From positions 1 to 39,810 of the forward strand of contig NIVC01002759.1 of the NCBI GenBank assembly GCA_002269645.1: 39,810 nucleotides of DNA, in the 5' to 3' direction. The translations under genes were made by a program, and so were the position numbers. Each line of letters starts with the position of its first letter. The stretch's first letter is position 1. Source of the stretch: Macrostomum lignano (taxonomy: Eukaryota). This document shows, piece after piece, positions 23,160 through 31,829 of this stretch. The notes beneath the pieces were generated by a model. It made no database searches, had not been told where the DNA came from, and worked only from the letters and a program-made list of their open reading frames with translations.

Positions 23160-23812
23160 ACCGGTCAGGACTGGTCGGTTTTGGTCAGGACTTTTCGGTT
23201 CTGGTCAGGACTGGTCGGTTCTGGTCAGGAGTGATCAGTTCTGGTCAGGACTGGTCGATTCTGGTCAGGACTTGTCGGTTCTGGTCAGGACTTGTCGGTT
23301 CTGGTCAGGACTTGTCGGTTCTGGTCAGGAGTGATCGGTTCTGGTCAGGACTGGTCGATTCTGGTCAGGACTTGTCGGTTCTGGTCAGGACTGGTCGGTT
23401 CTAGTCACGACTGGTCGGTTCTGGTCAGGACTGGTCGGTTCTGGTCAGGAGTGATCAGTTCTGGTCAGGACTGATCGGTTTTGGTCAGGACTTGTCGGTT
23501 CTGGTCAGGACTTGTCGGTTCTGGTCAGGATTGGTCCATTCAGGTCAGGACTGGTCGGTTCTGGTCAGGACTGGTCGATTCTGGTCAGGACTTGTCAGTT
23601 CTGGTCAGGACTTGTCGGTTCTGGTCAGCACTGGTCCATTCTGGTCAAGACTTTTCGGTTCTGGTCAGGACTGGTCGATTCTGGTCAGGACTGGTCAGTT
23701 CTGGTCAGGACTTGTCGGTTCTAGTCAGGAGTGATCAGTTCTGGTCAGGACTGGTCGGTTCTGGTCAGGACTGGTCGATTCTGGTCAGGAATGGTCGGTT
23801 CTGGTCAGGACA
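23160..23812. repeat. 20-bp minisatellite (TCTGGTCAGGACTGGTCGGT)n starting about 12 nt after the gene 2 stop
   Basis: About 32 tandem units. Confidence 0.96.
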
Positions 23813-24164
23813 ACAAGCTATGTAAAGTTCATAATTTTCAGTCAATTTATTAATACGCGATCGATTCGCCTACTGTTAGTAGTGTCAGCCGTACGAGCGT
23901 GCCGTGTATATTTTGGGCTTGCCGTGTGTGTTTCAATTTGTTGCATTTTGTGCTCTACCAGTTTTGCGCTACAACAGAATTAATGTAAATTTAATACGTA
24001 GTATAATTAATAAAAAATCAATCAGCCTTTTAATATTTTGAATTTATGGTTTTGCTGAATTATTGTCATTTTTTATGATTAAATGATTTCCGTACAAGTC
24101 AGTGCTCTCTGTACTGACGTTTAAAGTATATAAATATCAATAAATTCAATGGACCAAGTTATTA

Positions 24165-25792
24165 AAGAATGGAAATTTCAATGGAAAATGCTATTGCAGA
24201 ATAGGGATTTCAATGGGGAATGTCAACTGCAGCATGGGGATTTCAATGGGGAATGTTATTGCAGCATGGGATTTCAATATGGAATGTTATTGCAGCATGG
24301 GGATTTCAATGGGGAATGTTATTGCAGCATGGGGATTTCAATGGGGAATGTCACTGTCACTGCAGCATGGGGATTTCAATGGGGAATGTCACTGCAGCAT
24401 GGGGATTTCAATGGGGAATGTGGGATTTCAATGGGGAATGTTATTTCAGCATGGGATTTCAATGGTGAATGACATTTTAGCATGGGATTTCAATGGGGAA
24501 TGTTATTTCAGCATGGGATTTCAATGGGGAATGTTATTGCGGCATGGGATTTCAATATGGAATGTTATTGCAGCATGGGGATTTCAATGGGGAATGTTAT
24601 TGCAGCATGGGGATTTCAATGGGGAATGTCACTGTCACTGCAGCATGGGGATTTCAATGGGGAATGTCACTGCAGCATGGGGATTTCAATGGGGAATGTG
24701 GGATTTCAATGGGGAATGTTATTTCAGCATGGGATTTCAATGGTGAATGACATTTTAGCATGGGATTTCAATGGGGAATGTTATTTCAGCATGGGATTTC
24801 AATGGGGAATGTTATTGCGGCATGGGATTTCAATATGGAATGTTATTGCAGCATGGGGATTTCAATGGGGAATGTTATTGCAGCATGGGGATTTCAATGG
24901 GGAATGTCACTGTCACTGCAGCATGGGGATTTCAATGGGGAATGTCACTGCAGCATGGGGATTTCAATGGGGAATGTGGGATTTCAATGGGGAATGTTAT
25001 TTCAGCATGGGATTTCAATGGTGAATGACATTTTAGCATGGGATTTCAATGGGGAATGTTATTGCAGCATGGGATTTCAATGGTGAATGACATTTTAGCA
25101 TGGGATTTCAATGGGGAATGTTATTTCAGCATGGGATTTCAATGGGGAATGTTATTGCGGCATGGGATTTCAATATGGAATGTTATTGCAGCATGGGGAT
25201 TTCAATGGGGAATGTCACTGCAGCATGGGGATTTCAATGGGGAATGTGGGATTTCAATGGGGAATGTTATTTCAGCATGGGATTTCAATGGTGAATGACA
25301 TTTTAGCATGGGATTTCAATGGGGAATGTTATTTCAGCATGGGATTTCAATGGGGAATGTCACTGCAGCATGGGATTTCAATGGGAATGTGGGATTTCAA
25401 TGGGGAATGTTATTTCAGCATGGGATTTCAATGGGGAATGTTATTTCAGCATGGGATTTCAATGGTGAATTACATTTTAGCATGGGATTTCAATCGGGAA
25501 TGTGGGATTTCAATGGGAATGTTATTTTAGCATGGGATTTAAATGGGGAATGCTATTGCTGAATGGGGATTTCAATGGGGTATGTCACCGCAGCATGGTA
25601 TTTCAATGGGGAATGTTATTTCAGCACGGGATTTCAATGGGGAATGTTATTACAGCATGGGGATTTCAATGGGGTATGTGGGGTTTCAATGAGGAATGCT
25701 ATTGCAGCATGGGGATTTCAATGGGGAATGTCATTGCAGCATGGGGATTTCAATGGGGAATGTCATTGCAGCATGGGGATTTCAATGGGGAA
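24165..25792. repeat. Satellite of ~31-bp monomers (CAGCATGGGATTTCAATGGGGAATGTTATTG) with 20-bp variants and a 278-bp higher-order unit
   Basis: Identical 85-aa repeat ORFs at 24493 and 24771 (offset 278). ORF stops at 24746/25024 and 24750/25028. Confidence 0.95.
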
Positions 25793-25882
25793 TCGCGTCC
25801 TAAAGCGCCGCAGAGATCCCCAATCCCATCTATCATCTCTCCTTTCTCCTCTCTTCTTTCTCAACCCTTTCTACACACGCAG

Positions 25883-27272
25883 TTGCAGCCGCGGTCAGTA
25901 TTCGCACACCTGCGATGCCGCAGCTACGAGCAGCCCCAGCCGCAGGCGGTCCAAGCGAGCCTCCTTGGCGGCCTGACACTGGCCGGGCCAGCCTTGGACG
26001 CCGGCCTGGGCAGCGTGTTCAACGTGCTGCACCATCCCAGCGACGGCCGCACTCTGCTGGCCATGTACGAGAGGCGCGCCCTGGCCAGGTGGGACTTCCG
26101 TGTTGGCGGCGGCCGGCCGGTCTTTGTCAACCGGAACGCGCACGAGGACTGCGTGAATGTTGCCGCGTTTCTTGGCGGCGGCGACTGCGTGTTCGCCACT
26201 GGCTGCGATTCCGGCCAGTGCCGGGTGTGGGACCTGCGGCGGCCGGCCCGCCCGCTGGCTGTGCTGAGCACCGAAGCGGGCTGCATCAAGAATCTGGAGT
26301 GCGCGCCAGCCAGCCAGCTGCTCATGGTGTCCGGCTTCCGGTCGCAGGTTGGTTTTTGGAGAGATATTTAGGGAGTTCATGGACTTCACGATTTTAGGGA
26401 GTTCATGGACTTCATGATTTTAGGGAGTTCATGGACTTCTGAGTGACGTACATGCAAGATGGTTTAATAGTTAGTTCATAAACTGTTAAACTGGTCATTT
26501 AAATTGGAGGGACGCAACAACTAGGCAAACAAAAATACAGAACTTTTGCTGGCACCCTCATCAGCTGATTTTCTACGACACTGGAACTCTGCGACTGAGC
26601 GACAGCTGCCCCGCCTGGAGCACCAGCCAGCTCATGCGGGCCCGCCTGCATCCGGACAGCAACCGCCTCGTGCTCGCCTATCGATCCTTCCTGGTGCTCA
26701 TCGACCGATTCGATCCCGAGACCCTCGCCAGCGACCTGCCGGACTTCCAGCCAGACGCCTGGCTCACCGACGCTCTCGACGAAGAGGCCTCCGACGTCGA
26801 TATTCAGACTGCGTTGTTGGCGCTGCAGCGGCGCGTCTCCGACAGCTCCGAGGGCCTCAGCCGCAACCTGGCCTCGCTGGTGCACTCGGGCTTCAACGAC
26901 CGGCCGGACACCGAGGAGGTCAGCCTATCCTCGCTCTGCCTGCACCCGTCCGGCTGCCTCGTCGCCAGCCGCGGCTTCGCCATCGACCTGAGCCAACCGT
27001 GGCGGCTTAGCCAGCTTCTTGCCGGGCCCGCGCCCGTCAGCTGCAGTACCTACCTGCACTGGCTGCAGCCCGGCGCCGCAGGCTCCACTCTCATTGGCCA
27101 GTTCGAGGAGCCAATCGCCGCCCGGCAGATTATCAAAGAGATCAGCTTCAGCCTCTGCCGGCGATTTCTGGCCTCCCCGTTTGCTAGAGGAGTTCGCTTG
27201 TTCGCTAACGGGCGGCTGGACTGGCTGGAGCGGACTGGCAGCGAGCCCGTGCGGCCTGTTGGTGCGTCCGGG

Positions 27273-27349
<77 letters not shown>

Positions 27350-27504
27350 TAGTGTCTTAGTGTCTGTCTATCTTAGTGTCTGTCTGTCTGTCTGTCTTAG
27401 TGTCTTAGTGTCTGTCTATCTTAGTGTCTGTCTGTCTGTCTGTCTGTCTTAGTGTCTTAGTGTCTGTCTGTCTGTCTTAGTGTCTTAGTGTCTGTCTGTC
27501 TTTG

Positions 27505-27541
<37 letters not shown>

Positions 27542-27612
27542 TAGTGTCTTAGTGTCTGTCTGTCTGTCTGTCTTAGTGTCTGTCTGTCTGTCTGTCTTAG
27601 TGTCTGTCTGTG

Positions 27613-27679
<67 letters not shown>

Positions 27680-27843
27680 CTGTTTGAATGCCTGTCTATT
27701 AGTATTCCCCCTGTCCTCCCGCAGCCACCGTGCTGGGCACCGGCAGCAGCGTGGTGACCACAGACTTCTCGCCCGTGCACGAACTTCAGCTGGCTGTTGG
27801 CACCACTGGCGGAGCTGTGCACCTGGTCGAGCCGAGGTTTTGA
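25883..27843 (+). CDS. DCAF10: DDB1- and CUL4-associated factor 10 (WDR32); join(25883-26347,26565-27261,27725-27843), 426 aa, 5'-partial
   Basis: [50 protein letters not shown]...SPF and TTDFSPVH...EPRF* match DCAF10 motifs in order. Junction phases 0 and 1 are compatible. The start exon lies upstream; the candidate is 24083-24097. Confidence 0.88.
26368..26439. repeat. 26-bp tandem repeat x~2.8 (TTAGGGAGTTCATGGACTTCAYGATT) in a DCAF10 intron
   Basis: Read directly from the sequence. Confidence 0.9.
27272..27700. repeat. Compound (TCTG)n / TTAGTGTC microsatellite in the last DCAF10 intron
   Basis: Read directly; it uses the same units as KLHL8 intron 3. Confidence 0.96.
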
Positions 27844-28487
27844 CGTACATGTAAATCAGATTTTAGGCTGATCATGATCATGATTTCAGGCCTGGCAAAG
27901 TGCAATCATTTTCATTGTTGACAGCATCGAATGCTGTTCACTCCAATCTTCATACAGTAGCTGCAAAGTTGATCATCAAATTGGTGCAGAAAGCTTTGCT
28001 TATTAATTTATATTCCACAGCTCTGCATCACGTACAATTCTCCTATGGGATGTCAATAATTTTTCCTCATGACTCGGTATCCGTGCCTTGCCACTTTGCT
28101 CACAGTTTGCTGTAAATATACCATTGAAACTAAAAAGGAACGCATTGACACTAAGAAGAAATCTTCATTGTGTCCAGATTTTTATCGTTCTTTTTCATTA
28201 TAATTTAATTTTAATTGTTTTTAACTTGTTTTAAACTTGTTTATTTAAATAATTGTATCAGCCAGGCGAAACAGCGCGCATCTAGTGTTAAACTGGTGGG
28301 AACAATTAACGATTTTGCAGGAATATGGGCACAGACCCATAGCTTAGAAAATCGATAAGAGTGCGCGAAGGGAGAGAGGGGCAGACAGATAAAACATGAG
28401 CCCCGGGAATAGGCGACCAAAGCCGCGGGGTGGAGAACCGCACGCACAGACAGCCAATCAGAGCGCAGAGGATGAGAGTTCCCGCAG

Positions 28488-28872
28488 CATAGATAAAGTA
28501 TACATAGATTCCACCCCTGCCCCCGCGGAGTGTCTAAATTGTGACCATCACTTTATTCACTGCGCTCCTATTGGCTGGGCCACGCTATGCACATTGAGTC
28601 CACGTGTGTACATTCCCCCAACTCCGGAACACTTGCGTGTCGACTTCATTCTTGCTAAACTGTTGAAACTGGTAAGACATCCTTTCGTTCCGCGCATTAA
28701 AGTTATAAAGCTTTCTTGTGTGGAAGGGGTGAGGGAATGAAATCGAAGGGGTTGAAAGGAAGGCTTTCGCGCCAGCCAATGAGAGCACGGTGAGTTTTAT
28801 GGTGGTCAAAGTTTGGACACGAGCGTGTGTACATTCTGGGCAGGGGTGGAATCTATGTATACTTTATCTATG
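28488..28872. mobile_element. 385-bp MITE with 8-bp TSD (P- or hAT-type)
   Basis: Perfect 35-bp TIRs CATAGATAAAGTATACATAGATTCCACCCCTGCCC (28488-28522 / 28838-28872). Perfect TSD TCCCGCAG at 28480-28487 and 28873-28880. Confidence 0.92.
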
Positions 28873-29484
28873 TCCCGCAGGTAGAGAGAGACAGATAAAC
28901 ATGAACAAAGTATAGCGTGAGGAAAATGTGAAGAAAAGACCAAGACCGAGAAATAAGCCCCGGGAAAAAAGGGCTGGGCGACCGAAACGCTGGGTTGGAA
29001 AGAATTTTAACCACACGCACAGATGCGAGCGAGCGAGTGCGAGCGAGAGATCACGAACGCAAAAATTCACAACACCCAGTGAAAATGAAGTCACGACAGC
29101 AAGCCTTGCAGGTATGCATGTACATGCTTTAGGTTCACCAAATCGTGTATATGGTGTACATGTTTTCATTTTGACGAAATTGAACCGTAAAAATGGCCTT
29201 GCCCAACCGCAGCATCTGGACGTTCTTTTAGTGCGATACATGTATTTTGCTCGAAGCGATTTGCCGGAAAAGTGTACATACTTCCTCTCATAAACACTTT
29301 CAATTCAAGGTGCACCACATTGCCAGAGTAAGTAAGGTATAATACCTGTACTTGTAATTAGGAGAGTACTGCTGTCCGTAATATTCTCTGTGTTGTTACC
29401 CAAAACGTGTGCATTCTTTTTGGCAGTGTATAGCAGGCAGTTACAGTGTGCGTGGGGGTTTCAAGGACGACTTACATGTAAGCT

Positions 29485-29984
29485 AGTAGAAGGATGGGAA
29501 ACCCTTGTTTCTTAGAAAATTTTAGAAGGCAAGTTTTCCCAAAAAAATACACTACGGAGATAGGAAGTTTTTCAGCACAAAAATGCTATTGCTTTTGATA
29601 GGAGGCAGACCCAGCGTTCATTTTTTGATATGTTGTGCTTTTTTTCTTATTGCTCTTATCATCGATATTCATAAAGCTTTTCGCGTTCAGAAAAATAGGA
29701 TTCTATGTGAATTTTTTATTCTACGTACATTTGCACTATCTTGTGCCTAAAAACTATTGAAATGGCACAGTCTCGGCTCTTTGGTTTTATGAGTCTATTT
29801 TATCATTCTTTAGCTGACTGTGTAACAGATATGATAAAATAGATTCATAAAACAAAAGATTAATTCGAGCTGTTTCATGCATTTTTATGATTTTTAGGTA
29901 CAGGAAATGTATGTAGAATAAAAAATTAACATAGAATATAGAATAGAACATTTTCTAATAAACAAGGTTTTCTGTCCTTCTACT
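29485..29984. mobile_element. 500-bp non-autonomous TIR element
   Basis: Imperfect ~36-bp TIRs (29485-29520 / 29950-29984). Internal 23-bp hairpin (29784-29806 / 29831-29853, 22/23 match). A related copy starts at 18012. The TSD is unclear. Confidence 0.7.
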
Positions 29985-29998
29985 TAAGTCCTCCTTAA

Positions 29999-30519
29999 GG
30001 GTTTTTACAAAAATTCAGCACGGCGAGATCGTGTAAGAGTTTACTCCATAGCAAACACTGCTTCTGTCTCAGCTATCACAATAAGTTTGTATTGAGGACC
30101 AGCAAAGTCTTAAGGTGTATTTGTAATTTATTTTGCATTGGTTTACGATAAATTTGATAAATAGGAAAGCGGTAAATATCTGAACTTAAACTGTATTTTA
30201 TCGTTTTTAACGACTATAATTTTTTATTTGCAAAGTCAGCTGGGTCACAAGTTTTTCGAACAATGTTTTTCTTAGAAACGTCCTAAAAGTTAAAACTAAA
30301 AGACGTAAATACGCCTGTCTTTTTATCTGCGTGCGAGGTAAGATTTAGTTAGTTTTGCTTTTGGTTGTTTGCTCATAGACAATCAAATCATAGATAAATT
30401 TGTCATTGTTAATTCAAACTATTATTCTAACTAAAATTATAAAGCTTGACTTCTAATTTCTATTTCTAAGTTCTAGTTTTAGTTTTAGACCTTTATTAGC
30501 CAAGGCTAAAAAACAACCC
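29999..30519. mobile_element. Possible TTAA-flanked (Kolobok-like) non-autonomous element
   Basis: TTAA (29995-29998)-GGGTTTTT...AAACAACCC-TTAA (30520-30523). The terminal match is only 7/8. Confidence 0.3.
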
Positions 30520-30699
30520 TTAAAAGTAGCACTCTAACACGCACGGACTAAGTCTTATCGTAGAAAATAGGCCTATTAAAATATTTTACAAAAGGTTCTA
30601 TTTCCCATGATATCTCCAAATATAAGCATCGAGACTATTATTAGGCCTAGTAACTAGGCCTATACTACTAGGAACTAGGAAGTGCTTATCCCAGGTCCT

Positions 30700-30822
30700 A
30701 GTCATTTCGTCAACTGGCGTTTCGTCAACTGGCCATTTCGTCAACTCGGTTTTATCACTGGTCGTTTTGTCAACTAGCCAATGAAGCGATCTCAAACCTC
30801 GGTCACTTCGTCAACTGGCCAA
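30700..30822. repeat. Cluster of (T)TTCGTCAACTGG motifs, probably subterminal repeats of a DNA transposon remnant
   Basis: Five or six spaced copies of TTYGTCAACT. I found no opposite terminus. Confidence 0.6.
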
Positions 30823-30842
30823 CAGGGAGTTTCCCAACATTG

Positions 30843-31127
30843 CCCTATTGCAGCCAATGGCCATTTTCGTGGACGGCGTCCGGCGCGGATTGGACTGGTG
30901 GCGGCGCGGCGCGCGGCGGCGGCACGGCGCGTGGCGGCGGCGCGGCGCGTGGCGGCGGCGCGCGGTGGCGTGGTGTGTGGCGGCGGCGCGCAGCGCGCGG
31001 CGAGCCATTGACTGACTAATTGAACCAAATCACTGATCCTGGGGACTGGCCCTGGCGCAGTATGGGTAGATGTCTGGCGCGGGAAAGGGGGGCGTCCGGC
31101 GCGGTTCAGACCTTGGCTGCAATAGGG
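30843..31127. mobile_element. 285-bp GC-rich MITE
   Basis: Perfect 15-bp TIRs CCCTATTGCAGCCAA / TTGGCTGCAATAGGG. 8-bp TSD CAACATTG at 30835-30842 and 31128-31135. Internal GGCGGCGCGGCGCGT repeats. Confidence 0.82.
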
Positions 31128-31138
31128 CAACATTGGTG

Positions 31139-31829
31139 CTGATAATTCCAATTTTATCCACATGGATCCGTGTCAATAATTTCCAGCTTATCCCCATGGC
31201 AGCTTATTGAAATAGCTGCCACCATTCAAGTCTATAGGCCATGTCAATAATTCCAATTTTATCCACATAGATCCGTGTCAATAATTCCAATTTTATCCAA
31301 ATGGATCTATGTCAATAATTTTCAGCTTATCCCCACAGTTAAGATTGTGCAGTTGCTTGTGTTTAATTTTGTGTACTGATGTTAAATCAATATTGTCAGT
31401 ATTATTATATTTTGAATTTTGAATTTTGCAAGTCTCATTTGCCTTGATCTTTGGGTCGTTTGGTTGTTCTAACTTCTAAGCAAAGCCAGCAGCTAAGCAA
31501 ATATTTAAAATTAACCCCTTTTGATGACAAAAAGTTTTAACAAAGTACTCAATATTATTTAGTATTCAGTACATGTATTTTATTTGGAAATTTGTAAAAT
31601 AGTAAAAACAAAAAGAAGGTTTTTAAACAGATTCATTTTAAGGTTCTTTATTCCAATAAGCTGCCATGAGGATAAGCCAGAAATTATTGACACAGATCTA
31701 TGTGGATAAAATTGGAATTATTGACATGGCCTATAGACTTGAATGGTGACAGCTATTTCAATATGCTGCCATGGAGATAAGCTAGAAATTATTGACATGG
31801 ATCTGTGTGGATAAAATTGAAATTATCAG
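31139..31829. mobile_element. Foldback-like element: 148-bp inverted arms built from ~34-bp subrepeats around a ~395-bp spacer
   Basis: 31139-31286 versus the reverse complement of 31682-31829 gives 139/148 identity by hand alignment, with no indels. Confidence 0.85.

Noticed and set aside
23051-25790. Many overlapping ORFs in the satellite arrays (SGQD..., MGFQWG...); likewise SVCL ORFs at 15302 and 27504 and ORFs at 36413-36728
   Set aside because: These are artefacts of repeat periodicity in several frames, with no coding signature.
26368-26439. Interstitial telomere (TTAGGG)
   Set aside because: There is a single TTAGGG per 26-bp unit, not a tandem hexamer array. The (TTAG)n in KLHL8 is not a telomeric unit either.
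25895-26885. Antisense and alternative-frame ORFs over GC-rich exons (also around 14040-14358, 15972-16331, 21243-22940, 34761-35387, 37214-37754)
   Set aside because: These are shadow ORFs from stop-poor GC-rich coding DNA. The sense frames have clear homology or consistent splicing.
28258-28286. Helitron 3' end (GC-rich stretch then CTAGT)
   Set aside because: The hairpin stem is only about 3 bp and there is no identifiable 5' end.
30781-31163. Ala/Arg-rich ORFs (RRAAATRR)
   Set aside because: They arise from the GC-rich repeat core of the MITE.
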